From a virus (taxonomy: Duplodnaviria > Caudoviricetes), in the IMG/VR virus record IMGVR_UViG_3300050156_000143, positions 32,001 to 96,000 of that record: a stretch of DNA of 64,000 nucleotides; one strand, written 5' to 3'. Positions 26,143-35,604 of the stretch are shown here, one piece after another (position 1 is the first letter of the stretch; each line of letters begins with the position of its first letter). The position numbers and the translations under genes were made by a program. A model generated the notes under the pieces. That model made no database searches and had not been told where the DNA came from. It saw nothing but the letters and a program-made list of their open reading frames with translations.

Positions 26143-26338
26143 TCATGCAAAACGCCCAATGCGTGTGTTCAGTGTGTCAACGTACTCTCGCATGATGGCC
26201 AATTGTTTCGACAATAATTGCTGATCAATTTCAGGCAGACTCTGGTAAATCCGCCCCCCCCACGAATGTCCCAAGTGCATCAACTTTGACTTGCAGTGCA
26301 TCTCGCTCATCGCGCACTCGTTGTTGATAATCGTTCAT
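26143..26338 (-). pseudogene. Small coiled-coil gene (crAss001_48-like from memory) frameshifted in a G8 tract
   Basis: 196 nt; removing one G at 26254-26261 gives a 64-aa ORF MNDYQQRVRDERDALQVKVDALGTFVGGRIYQSLPEIDQQLLSKQLAIMREYVDTLNTRIGRFA. Confidence 0.75.
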
Positions 26339-26354
26339 AAAAAGTCCTTTCAAG

Positions 26355-26807
26355 TTAAAGCCCAGCGTCTTCCAAACCTGCACATCGCAGCCTGGTGATA
26401 TTGTTCAAAGCATACGATTTACTTTCTAATGCTTTGATGATTCCTAGATACTTGTTGCGAATTAATGCAACTTCGTTGATTTTCAGCTCATAGTCGATCA
26501 CGTCTGGATCGCCGTCGGTGTATTTTTCGGCAACTTGAGGAGTCAATGCTCGCTGATTGTTTTCCAAAAAGTTCCGAAAGATGGTTCGACGCTTGCTCCT
26601 AAGTTGGATATTCATGTAATTCAGGATGGCTTCAATTTCTTGAAGTTGGTTGAATCGCAGTTCAGTCGTTCCAGGCATCATTGAAATATTCTGTTCAATT
26701 CGGCCTTTGACTGATGTCTCGCATGACGCGGTTTGCAACTCGTTTTCATAAAATTGCAAACACTGCGGTAAACATGCGAAATCATTGACCACACGGTTAT
26801 ACCACAT
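26355..26807 (-). CDS. uvsY: UvsY-like recombination mediator
   Basis: FLENNQRALT..AEKYTDGD..NKYLGIIKALESK; next to uvsX. Confidence 0.75.
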   Translation of the reverse strand: MWYNRVVNDFACLPQCLQFYENELQTASCETSVKGRIEQNISMMPGTTELRFNQLQEIEAILNYMNIQLRSKRRTIFRNFLENNQRALTPQVAEKYTDGDPDVIDYELKINEVALIRNKYLGIIKALESKSYALNNITRLRCAGLEDAGL

Positions 26808-27041
26808 TTAGTCTTCGCACCAATCATCGTCGTCATATTCATCGGGATCACACGTCTGGTCGTAACCACGAATTGCACCCATCATGGCAGAATCACCCCG
26901 AAATGATTCCTTGATTTCAGTTATTTCATGCCCATTATCAACCAATGCTTGCAGCAAGTCATCAGCGGCGTATTTCACATCGGTGCTCTGCACATGTGGC
27001 AGCATGAGTTCCCAAACCTGGGTAACAGTTTCAATATCCAT
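26808..27041 (-). CDS. Acidic hypothetical protein
   Basis: 77-aa ORF between uvsX and uvsY. Confidence 0.7.
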   Translation of the reverse strand: MDIETVTQVWELMLPHVQSTDVKYAADDLLQALVDNGHEITEIKESFRGDSAMMGAIRGYDQTCDPDEYDDDDWCED

Positions 27042-27080
27042 GTTGTTCCTCTACGTTAAGGGCAGATAGCCCAAAAAATT

Positions 27081-28133
27081 TTACTCGGAAAGCTCCAATA
27101 CTGGCATTTTGGCAATTTTGCTAGGAAAATCGTTAATCACAGTATCCAGCGCATTGTTTTCATTTTTATTCCACTCTTTTCGGAAATACTTGAGAATTTC
27201 ACCCGATGACGTGGTATATGCGTAGCGATTGCCTTCTTTACTCAACAATCCGTTCTTTTCCATCAAACTGAACATCCCCGAATACAAACTGAGGCCAGTA
27301 TCATATGGAATATGCACTTCAATGTCTTCAAACGGTTTGGCATACCGTGTTTTCATGATCTTACATCCTGCACGAATGCCAAGAACATCTGTGGTCTTAT
27401 TGCCATCAGTATCTTCTTTTAGTTTTAATTTCTTCATCGCAATCACAATGCTTGCAGCATAGACTGCACCCTGACCACCACTGATTTTATCATCCGGGCT
27501 ATACGGGTCTTGTGAAGCATAGGTGTGATTTGTGCAAACCATCCCCAGATTCAACTCACCAAACATGTTAACACAGTTGCGAACCAAGGCTGCCAACGCT
27601 TTTGGCTTACGCCCCATGTCACCTTTTAAATCACCGTCTTCAAACTGTTTAACATCAGTTGGGGTCATTAGCATCCCCAAACTGTCAATCACGATCAACA
27701 CCTTTTGGCGATCTTCAACCGGGGTTTCTCGGTATAAGGCAACAAATTCAGTGATAGTCTTAGCAACGGCATCAATCTGTGACATAGAAAGTTTCATCAA
27801 CTTTTCCTCACTCGTATCAACACCCAGGTCTTGTAACCAAGATTCATCCAGTGCGTTTTCAGTGTCAATCAACACCACAAAAATACCGGCCTTTTGCGCG
27901 TTTCGGACAATATTGCCTGAACAAATGTAGGACTTTCCCGCACCACTTTCGCCAGCGATCATGGACACTTTACCTAGTGGCACGCCTTTCTTGAAATCTC
28001 CCGAAATCAGGTAATTCAAAGCGTAGTTGCCAGTACAAATCCAATCTTTTGGGTCATTAAAACCAACGCCCAAACCTTCAACTGATTTTGTTAGAGTCTT
28101 GCGAAGTTTACTTACATCAAACGGTTTAACCAA
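27081..28133 (-). CDS. uvsX: UvsX/RecA recombinase
   Basis: Walker A GESGAGKS, IDTENA, IDSLG, NHTY, SGGQG; TTG start after GGAGA SD. Confidence 0.95.
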   Translation of the reverse strand: MVKPFDVSKLRKTLTKSVEGLGVGFNDPKDWICTGNYALNYLISGDFKKGVPLGKVSMIAGESGAGKSYICSGNIVRNAQKAGIFVVLIDTENALDESWLQDLGVDTSEEKLMKLSMSQIDAVAKTITEFVALYRETPVEDRQKVLIVIDSLGMLMTPTDVKQFEDGDLKGDMGRKPKALAALVRNCVNMFGELNLGMVCTNHTYASQDPYSPDDKISGGQGAVYAASIVIAMKKLKLKEDTDGNKTTDVLGIRAGCKIMKTRYAKPFEDIEVHIPYDTGLSLYSGMFSLMEKNGLLSKEGNRYAYTTSSGEILKYFRKEWNKNENNALDTVINDFPSKIAKMPVLELSE

Positions 28134-28229
28134 AATTTCTCCCAAGATAGCATAAAAATGCTAGTCAAATTAATTTCAACCATGTCATAAAAAATGGGAA
28201 CATTATGTTCCCATTTTGCTACTCAGTGT

Positions 28230-29240
28230 TTAGCGAGGGGTTGCGCCACGATTGCGGATAGCTGCAAGTCGATCCATGATGTCACTTTTCATAGCAGGCT
28301 TATTAACTTCTGGCACTACCGGGGTTTGGGCAGTGTTTTCCCAGGGAGCATCACCAGATTCTGGTGTTTTTGCCTCATCGTCGGCGTCAGCCTGAGCGGT
28401 GGGCTGTGGGGCAGAGGTTTGTTTAAACTCAACTCCATAGGGCTTGTAAAAATTGCCCCACCGTTCCACATCGTACAACCCACCATCCACGCTCACATCG
28501 AACATTTCACGAATGGCAATCAGACAAGCGGCATCCGGGCGCTTGGGCAAGAACTTCTCCAAATCGTTCAGCCCATATTTTTCAATAGCCTCACGCTCGG
28601 CAGCGGTCAATGCGGATTCACGCTTCTTGAATCCAGATTCATCATAGTTGGCAAATTCACCGGACTTGCCCTTCTTGATCACAAAATCAAGACCTTGCTC
28701 GTAATCGGACGGTGAAGCAATAGTTTCCTCGTCGTCAATATTGGCGATCAACTTGCCACCCAGCTTTTTGGACAGCATGAAACTACGGATTGGGTTCTCG
28801 GGCTGTTGGTCATCTTTGGCTGGATTGTCACCTCGCACAAAACCTTGCAAGATGAAATCTTTCTTTGGCCAATATTGACGACCAAGTTCCACCAGAGAAG
28901 GGTCTTTGGATTTGAACCATGCACGCAAATCGGGCATGATCGGGCAGTCCATTTTGTGACCAAAGATTCCGTACATTTCCACGCACGGTACTTTCACGGT
29001 GACTTCACCGACAGAAGGATCATTCTTGATGCCAGCAAACTTGATGGAAATCATTTGGCGCTCGGCCCAGTACCAGGGGTTATCCTTATTGGCATCAGGC
29101 AGAAACCGTAGTGTCACGCTGCTGTTAGTGGGAATGTCCCAATGTTTGTAGAGCTGGTTTGCATCACCCTTTTTACCAGCGTTTTCTTGGGATTCTTTGA
29201 TCTTAGCGCGCAGAGCACGCATTTCTTGAATAGTAGCCAT
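28230..29240 (-). CDS. gp32-like single-stranded DNA-binding protein
   Basis: LRFLPD..PCVEMYG..CPI..ANYDESGF; acidic tail; upstream of uvsX. Confidence 0.88.
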   Translation of the reverse strand: MATIQEMRALRAKIKESQENAGKKGDANQLYKHWDIPTNSSVTLRFLPDANKDNPWYWAERQMISIKFAGIKNDPSVGEVTVKVPCVEMYGIFGHKMDCPIMPDLRAWFKSKDPSLVELGRQYWPKKDFILQGFVRGDNPAKDDQQPENPIRSFMLSKKLGGKLIANIDDEETIASPSDYEQGLDFVIKKGKSGEFANYDESGFKKRESALTAAEREAIEKYGLNDLEKFLPKRPDAACLIAIREMFDVSVDGGLYDVERWGNFYKPYGVEFKQTSAPQPTAQADADDEAKTPESGDAPWENTAQTPVVPEVNKPAMKSDIMDRLAAIRNRGATPR

Positions 29241-29297
29241 TGTGTATTTTTCCTAATGTAAAGTTTGATATAGAAAATATGTTTTCTATCGGTGTAT

Positions 29298-29321
29298 CTT
29301 CATACTGAATTCAGTATGAAG
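29298..29321. repeat. Perfect 24-bp palindrome upstream of SSB gene
   Basis: cttcatactgaa|ttcagtatgaag. Confidence 0.9.
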
Positions 29322-29363
29322 TTTCGGTATAAACCAAGCGAATTCCCAGTTTATACCCAGAAG

Positions 29364-30593
29364 TTATTTAACCTCTGTTTTGGTTAGCGACGTCGCAACC
29401 CGTTTGAGTTGTGGGTCACTTTGTTGCTGAATCCATGAAGTGATTGTAGCACGAGCATCTGAAGTCGGGGAACGTTTTGCTAAGTTTTTGAGACTCTGTG
29501 TGAGTTCATCGTCTTCGATGATGTCGGTCAACATAGACAGTGCGTTCATCGCATCAGCGCCAACCACAAGTGGATTGTCCATCAGCGCCACCAGTTTGTC
29601 AACATCCATTGGTGATGATGGATACAACGATTCCTTTACTACCTTGTTGGCCCATTGTTCAAGTGCAGTTGTCTTTTTTCCAAAACGCCGCAAGATTGGG
29701 AACGCATTGGTTACACGGTCATCATCGGTTTCAAACAACTTTGCGACCATTTTGACTGACATTGTGGGGTCGGTAAATTCCACTTGGGATTTGAAATATT
29801 CACCATATCCACGCCTTGATGCCAATTTGGCAATAGAGTCTGACAACAATTGGCGATAATCGCGTGCGTGCGTGACAACATCTGTTGCATCATCGCTCAA
29901 CGACGATTCGTTCACAGTCTTACAAAATTTGTTCAAAGTGCGCAACTCTTCGGCTAAACGAGTGATGTGTTCACCACCTGAGTCGTAGATGTTACCACCT
30001 TCAGCCACGTGTCTGGCAAACGCTTTGGCCACTTTTGTGGATTTAGTTGGTAATAAAAATCGCTCACCCGACGTATTCTCAACAAACATCTTATCTATGG
30101 CCCGGTGTCGTTGCTCGGTTTCCGCCAAAGTTCTACTATGATGAATTACTATTTTCACGGATGGGACAGAATCTGAACAAGATTTCTTATCACCTGCCGA
30201 ATAGTATGATTCAACCATTTGCTCACGGTGTTTTCTCTTCGCCATGTCATGGGTCATTTTGTCCATGTTGCTCAATTCAAATCCAAGCTGGTGAGATATT
30301 GCAAAACCTTTGAGGCGTCTTAGCAGTTGATACCACGTTTCATCACCACTTTTACTCTTATCTGAATGTGCAACGTCATCCCCATAATACACTATCAAAT
30401 TGCGCAAACCATCGACCGATGCAGTCACTGTGCCGTAATCTTTGGCGTCTTTGTGGAAATGGAATTGAAATACTTCACCCTGTTCTGGCACCGGGACTTC
30501 TTTGCCATCCACCCCGTAAACTTTTGGTGAATATCCTCGACTCTGTAACAAGTCAAAGAGTTCTCTGTTTGTATTTGATGAATTTCTGGTCAT
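29364..30593 (-). CDS. Late hypothetical protein
   Basis: 409 aa; TAAATA 4 nt before ATG. Confidence 0.8.
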   Translation of the reverse strand: MTRNSSNTNRELFDLLQSRGYSPKVYGVDGKEVPVPEQGEVFQFHFHKDAKDYGTVTASVDGLRNLIVYYGDDVAHSDKSKSGDETWYQLLRRLKGFAISHQLGFELSNMDKMTHDMAKRKHREQMVESYYSAGDKKSCSDSVPSVKIVIHHSRTLAETEQRHRAIDKMFVENTSGERFLLPTKSTKVAKAFARHVAEGGNIYDSGGEHITRLAEELRTLNKFCKTVNESSLSDDATDVVTHARDYRQLLSDSIAKLASRRGYGEYFKSQVEFTDPTMSVKMVAKLFETDDDRVTNAFPILRRFGKKTTALEQWANKVVKESLYPSSPMDVDKLVALMDNPLVVGADAMNALSMLTDIIEDDELTQSLKNLAKRSPTSDARATITSWIQQQSDPQLKRVATSLTKTEVK

Positions 30594-30596
30594 GTA

Positions 30597-31700
30597 TTAT
30601 TTACGACGCTTGGTAGCATCGGCCTTTTGCAATTTGGTTTTCACGGTTTGATAATGATGCGAAACCTGTTTGTAAATGTCTCTCACCAGACGGTTGAACA
30701 CGGCGCCTGCTTTGGGATCAGGATAAACAAAGAATCGCGGCGTCACTTTAGTATCAATAATCGACCGGATTTCCGCAGCCACCTTGGCGGGCGATGGCAA
30801 TTGATCAATGTTTTTTATCCCGTTTAAGCCCAACTTGTCAACCACTATGGCTGCATATGACGTCGAAAACGCGCCAACCTCGGTGACGAGCGAAGCATAC
30901 AGCAAATCATGTCGTTCGCGCATTTCCTGAAACTCGTCACGAAACGTTGACTGTTCACCTGATGGTAGTTTTGCAAATTGTTCGGTCGTCATGTACTCCT
31001 GCATATCACGCAAGAGTTTTCTAATACGCTTGTATTCCGTGCCTGCTGATGCACCAAGATGCGAGGCATGAGTTTTAGTGTTGCCTTTGTGCGTAAAGTG
31101 GATGTAATGAGTTAACTCGTGCGCCAAAAGCACGGCCAGGTGATGAAGGTTTGGGACAAAATCACCTGATGAAAATTTGACTAACTGTGTCCATACCGTC
31201 GTTTCCATCATCAAATCGGTAGCCACCCGTTCCACGATGTCATCGACGTCTGATGTGGATGTCATAACTGCGCGAGTGGTATTTGCTACTGCGGCATACA
31301 GTGCCCGTGAAATGAACGTCATTGAATCGGTACTGATGGTCATTCTTTTTGCAGATGTACTATAGCTCGCTTCTGCGCTACCCATGTCAGATATAACAAC
31401 TTCAGATATATCACTGTATTTTTTAGAAGTTCTCAGTAATATAGTCAAATTGGTGCAGAAGTGAGTTTCAATCTGGGACAACCCGTTTTCAGAACGAGTT
31501 ACCATAGAAGTCGCAATCGCACTTGGCAGTCTTTTAGGATTCATGTTGGCAAAGTCATCAGCGTCCAATTCTGTCATGATGGACACCACCGACCGCGTGA
31601 TTGCCGATTTTAGTAGTTTGGTAATAGCGGGTATCTCAACTGTCATTTGCACCGTTTCAGCAACAAATCTCGAATCCGGTCTCGAAAAAACTTTTGTCAT
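30597..31700 (-). CDS. Late zincin-motif protein
   Basis: LAHELTHYIH (HExxH), EVGAF; TAAATA 4 nt before ATG. Confidence 0.7.
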   Translation of the reverse strand: MTKVFSRPDSRFVAETVQMTVEIPAITKLLKSAITRSVVSIMTELDADDFANMNPKRLPSAIATSMVTRSENGLSQIETHFCTNLTILLRTSKKYSDISEVVISDMGSAEASYSTSAKRMTISTDSMTFISRALYAAVANTTRAVMTSTSDVDDIVERVATDLMMETTVWTQLVKFSSGDFVPNLHHLAVLLAHELTHYIHFTHKGNTKTHASHLGASAGTEYKRIRKLLRDMQEYMTTEQFAKLPSGEQSTFRDEFQEMRERHDLLYASLVTEVGAFSTSYAAIVVDKLGLNGIKNIDQLPSPAKVAAEIRSIIDTKVTPRFFVYPDPKAGAVFNRLVRDIYKQVSHHYQTVKTKLQKADATKRRK

Positions 31701-31707
31701 ATATTAT

Positions 31708-33285
31708 TTAAGTTGTTTGCCAATATGTAGAAGTCATGATGCACGGCATGGGCATAACATAATCGGAAACGTTGCGATAGTTTGACTCGACTTCCAAATG
31801 GTACTCTCCAATCTGGATTATCATTCTGAGTGCAAGAATGGCCGCCATAATCAGATCATCGTTGGTTCCGGGTTTGGCCTTATAAGTCCCACCAACTGCC
31901 ACGAAGTTCTTGATTTCAGAGATGAGTGGCTTGGAATGGAATATCATAGTGCCACGCTCTACTAGTTGTTTCAATTTGGCGCATGCAGTCACTTTGGATT
32001 TGTTGGAGGTCAAAAACCCTTTGCGCTTTTTACCAACTTCTGATAAAAAAGTGCCTGCAATATTGTCTTCACCGTATTCGTCGATTGCCACCAACGCTGC
32101 TTCCCCCAAGGTGTTATTCTCGACAGAATAGTAAATTTTATCTTCTTGTAGAGTGTAGTCAAAAATGTATTCACAAATGTCCGCCACAAGGGCGATTTGA
32201 TCTTGAATCGGTGTTTTGTTGTGTTTCCATTCTGCGATTTGGGTGGTGGTATCGGCCTCAAACACTTGGATCGCAGCATTATCCCCCCCTGTCCCCAAGC
32301 TGGGATCGAGTGCCACAACATAGTGCTTGCCGCGCTGGGGTTTTTTGTACCACCTAACCTGTCCCTGTTTCTCTATTGGCTCAATTCCATGAATACTGGC
32401 AATTTTGAGAGAATTGATTAGTGTCTCATCTGCGGACACGAATTCACAATTCATTTCTCGCTCAAATCGGCCATCCCCGAGTTCTGCCCTGAATTGTTTT
32501 TCCCATGCTGCATCACGTTCTGGATGTTTGTCCCAAGTTACCTTGAACGGTTTATACCCGTTTGATCCAAGTTCAGTTTTATTGCCATATTCATCGGTGT
32601 TGTCCAGAGATTTGAACCAAATGTCCGCAAATTTGTCTTCATCGGTGTTTGGCGTTGAGGTGATAATGGCCTTGCCACCAGTTGACAACGTTGGGGTAAT
32701 CGATGTCATGAACGCTTCAGCGATTGACGTTCTTACATATGCCAATTCGTCGCAATACAACACTGATATAGACATCCCCCGCCCGGTTTCTTTGGTGGTT
32801 GTGGACGCTACAATTCTCGATCCGTTGTCAAACACAATACTGCCTTCATTGTATTTGACCACACCTGCTTTAAGATGCCAGGGGCATTGTTCATACGCAA
32901 ACTTCACACGCACCATGATTTCCAAGGCACCCGCGTATTTGTGTGCTGCAATCAAAATGGTGGAATCCGGTACAAACATTGCATACCACAATAGATACCC
33001 AGCAGCAGTGGTAGTTTTACCACCTTGGCGAGTTATCATGTTGATACTGCGCTTGTAATTGTGGTAGTTATAGGCTAACTCACGCTGGTATTCAAACGCT
33101 TCATACAATGCCACGCCACGTGATGGGTGCTGTATGTAAAAGAAATTGTCTAGAAAATACTGATAACCAGTGTCTGGATCACAGCATTTCAGGAATTCTT
33201 CAAATTCTTTGTCACTCTTAAATTCGGTTTTTTGGTGAGCTGGTTTAACATAAATCGGCTCACCCGTTGATTTTCTTTTTGCCAC
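31708..33285 (-). CDS. Terminase large subunit (gp17-like)
   Basis: RQGGKTT Walker A, YCDELAY Walker B, TSTPN, ALDPSLG and NDDLIMA nuclease motifs. Confidence 0.95.
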   Translation of the reverse strand: MAKRKSTGEPIYVKPAHQKTEFKSDKEFEEFLKCCDPDTGYQYFLDNFFYIQHPSRGVALYEAFEYQRELAYNYHNYKRSINMITRQGGKTTTAAGYLLWYAMFVPDSTILIAAHKYAGALEIMVRVKFAYEQCPWHLKAGVVKYNEGSIVFDNGSRIVASTTTKETGRGMSISVLYCDELAYVRTSIAEAFMTSITPTLSTGGKAIITSTPNTDEDKFADIWFKSLDNTDEYGNKTELGSNGYKPFKVTWDKHPERDAAWEKQFRAELGDGRFEREMNCEFVSADETLINSLKIASIHGIEPIEKQGQVRWYKKPQRGKHYVVALDPSLGTGGDNAAIQVFEADTTTQIAEWKHNKTPIQDQIALVADICEYIFDYTLQEDKIYYSVENNTLGEAALVAIDEYGEDNIAGTFLSEVGKKRKGFLTSNKSKVTACAKLKQLVERGTMIFHSKPLISEIKNFVAVGGTYKAKPGTNDDLIMAAILALRMIIQIGEYHLEVESNYRNVSDYVMPMPCIMTSTYWQTT

Positions 33286-33318
33286 ACAAAAACACCTCTT
33301 ATGGGTATTTAATTGGCG

Positions 33319-33582
33319 TCACTCATAGGGCGATTCACCCGTCAAATGCGGTTGAGCAAACCATAGCTTAAACCAAGCTGGCGTCCCTGGTTTAATATTG
33401 TGTTTACGCTGATACTCAGCTTTATCATTTTGTTGGACAGCATAAGTAGTCACTTTGTTAGTGCCAGCTAGCCGTTTCAAGTCATCGAGTGAAGTGTCTT
33501 TTTCAGGTAGTTCTACAGGTTTGAGTGTGTTTGCTGCAAATCGCTTCATGATTTCAGCCTGTTTCCAAGGATCAAAGCTCAT
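33319..33582 (-). CDS. Hypothetical protein
   Basis: HNIKPGTPAWFKLWF; coupled to upstream gene. Confidence 0.75.
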   Translation of the reverse strand: MSFDPWKQAEIMKRFAANTLKPVELPEKDTSLDDLKRLAGTNKVTTYAVQQNDKAEYQRKHNIKPGTPAWFKLWFAQPHLTGESPYE

Positions 33583-34502
33583 AGTTTTGGCACAATGCTT
33601 CTCACATTGGTTCCACGAGGTTCTTCACTTTTTGCGGTACTGATTAGTTTTTTACCGGATAGCCCAATTTGTTTTAACGCGGCATCAATATCTGGCCCCA
33701 CATCGTACCCATAACTCACCACGATCATATTTTCTCCCCACGGCGTCGATGGCTCAGTTTTGAAATCACTCTCTGAGTCACGATGGGCGTTTGATTTTGA
33801 TGCAGCCATTGCGATCATGAAACGATACTGACGATAAGGGTCTTGATTTTGTAACTCCGGTATTGTGTAAGTTGCTGGTAATGCGCTGGCAACCGCTTGT
33901 TGCAATGACTCCTTCAAAAAATCGTTGGAATCAGATACTTCAGATAGTCCAGCAAATTTCACCTGTTTGGGGGAGAAAACGATGTAACTGTCGCCAACAC
34001 CTTCATGTTCATTTTTGTATACCACGCCGTCATAACCCGCGTCAATGATAGCTTTGCGCAACAGGGAGTCATATTTGCGTGTCAATTTCCAATCGGTTTT
34101 GCCCTCTTTGGTGATTCGTTTCCCCTCACCCTCGGGGATAATTCCCTTGCGTTCCAATTGGAGTGCTATACCTTGCGCGTGAAATGTCCCCGTATCGTTG
34201 AGTCGTAACGGGTTGGTCAAATTGATAAAACACGGGATTATTTTGGCCCCAGCGTGCCTGGCCATAGCAATACGGTTGGCTTGGGTGAGGGTACTAGCAA
34301 AATGTGCTCCAAGGTCTGAACGATCGGTATCAAACTCGCTAAACTGTGCGGTAGTGGCATGGTAAACCACACGTTTTACTTTACCGTTTCCGAACCATGC
34401 TTTAAATGATGGGGTCAAAGGTAGGCGAAATTTCATACCCGATATTTCGGCAGCATCAAATGCAACTTGTTCGGATTCTGGCAAAAACTCGTGTGATCTC
34501 AT
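33579..34502 (-). CDS. Late protein with ART-PolyVal-like ADP-ribosyltransferase domain
   Basis: FKAWFG..VVYHAT..GAHFAS..GYDGVVYKNEHEG..SYIVF; N-terminus MRSHEF; TAAATA 5 nt before ATG. Confidence 0.6.
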   Translation of the reverse strand: MRSHEFLPESEQVAFDAAEISGMKFRLPLTPSFKAWFGNGKVKRVVYHATTAQFSEFDTDRSDLGAHFASTLTQANRIAMARHAGAKIIPCFINLTNPLRLNDTGTFHAQGIALQLERKGIIPEGEGKRITKEGKTDWKLTRKYDSLLRKAIIDAGYDGVVYKNEHEGVGDSYIVFSPKQVKFAGLSEVSDSNDFLKESLQQAVASALPATYTIPELQNQDPYRQYRFMIAMAASKSNAHRDSESDFKTEPSTPWGENMIVVSYGYDVGPDIDAALKQIGLSGKKLISTAKSEEPRGTNVRSIVPKL

Positions 34503-34510
34503 GGAGATAT

Positions 34511-35104
34511 TTAATCTACATTTCTCAAACATAGAAATTCACGAGCAAATGCCTTTTCCCCGAGAAAGTGCATCAACGCAAACAACTTGTCTGGCGTAAT
34601 AGGTTTATGTTGAATAGCATCGATCGTCAATGTTGGTGGCAATGTGTTTACAAAATCTGATTTACACGGAGCTGACCCGACTATCGCCACATTTCCTTGA
34701 CTGCGCAGTATATTATATTGATGCTCAGTTATTTTCACTGAATCGAGTATAGTCAATGTTAAGTTGCCGCCAGCGCCACTCAATCCGCTCATACCGTAGT
34801 TATAATAAATCTGCGACCCATTGCCCAAATGCGTCACGCCAGTGGTCATTCTGATAATGGAGAATGGTTCTAGAAATCCCTGGAACTCCCGAGTATATTG
34901 GCCGCCGCCATGTTTGCTATCGCGAATTGCCACCCGAGTGTGCGGATTCTCACTTGCAAACTTTGCCGCAACGTATGCCACAGCGGTAGTTGCACCCATC
35001 ATACGATAGCAATCAACAACTGGATTTTCAACATTGAGGAGATGGTCTATTAGAAGTTGTTGTTCATGGCGTGGCACAAAGTTGATTGGCCCGGTGCGGG
35101 TCAT
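34511..35104 (-). CDS. Terminase ATPase-like paralog with degenerate Walker A
   Basis: YRMMGATT versus TRQGGKTT; LGNGSQI versus FDNGSRI; FAREFLC versus FEREMNC. Confidence 0.6.
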   Translation of the reverse strand: MTRTGPINFVPRHEQQLLIDHLLNVENPVVDCYRMMGATTAVAYVAAKFASENPHTRVAIRDSKHGGGQYTREFQGFLEPFSIIRMTTGVTHLGNGSQIYYNYGMSGLSGAGGNLTLTILDSVKITEHQYNILRSQGNVAIVGSAPCKSDFVNTLPPTLTIDAIQHKPITPDKLFALMHFLGEKAFAREFLCLRNVD

Positions 35105-35157
35105 GATGGTTGGATTTTGGCAAAGCATGGTCGCATTTTACTGCTATAATTGCCCGT

Positions 35158-35577
35158 ATGAAAAAACATATCCTCACATTTGCTCTCACGATGCTAGCCA
35201 CGTTGAGTCACGCTAACCCGTATTCTTGGCCTGTTGTGAAAGTTATCGATGGCGACACCGTTCAACTCAAAGTAACCTTGTTACCTGAACTTGGGGATCA
35301 CTTGAGTTTACGAATATATGGAATTGACACGCCGGAAAAGGGGTTTCGCGCAAAATGTGACAAAGAAGCTGCGCTAGGAAAACGTGCTACGGAATACACC
35401 ACCAATGCGGTTGCACGTGCCAACAAACGTGAAATCATCGTGAGGGAATGGGACAAATACGGCGGGAGAATTTTGGGAGATTTGGTACTGGACGGGAAAC
35501 AGTTAAGAGACATGATTATTGCCGCTGGACTAGCCCGTGAATACTACGGTGAAAAGAAAAGTGACTGGTGCAAATGA
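35158..35577 (+). CDS. Thermonuclease (SNase-like) with signal peptide
   Basis: VIDGDTV, RIYGIDTPE, DKYGGRILG, GLAREY; extended -10 TGCTATAAT 7 nt upstream. Confidence 0.92.
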   Translation: MKKHILTFALTMLATLSHANPYSWPVVKVIDGDTVQLKVTLLPELGDHLSLRIYGIDTPEKGFRAKCDKEAALGKRATEYTTNAVARANKREIIVREWDKYGGRILGDLVLDGKQLRDMIIAAGLAREYYGEKKSDWCK

Positions 35578-35602
35578 AAAAAGCGGCCTAGGCCGCTTTT
35601 TT
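35575..35602. terminator. Bidirectional terminator identical to 6314-6341
   Basis: tgaaaaaagcggcctaggccgctttttt. Confidence 0.9.
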
Positions 35603-35604
35603 GT

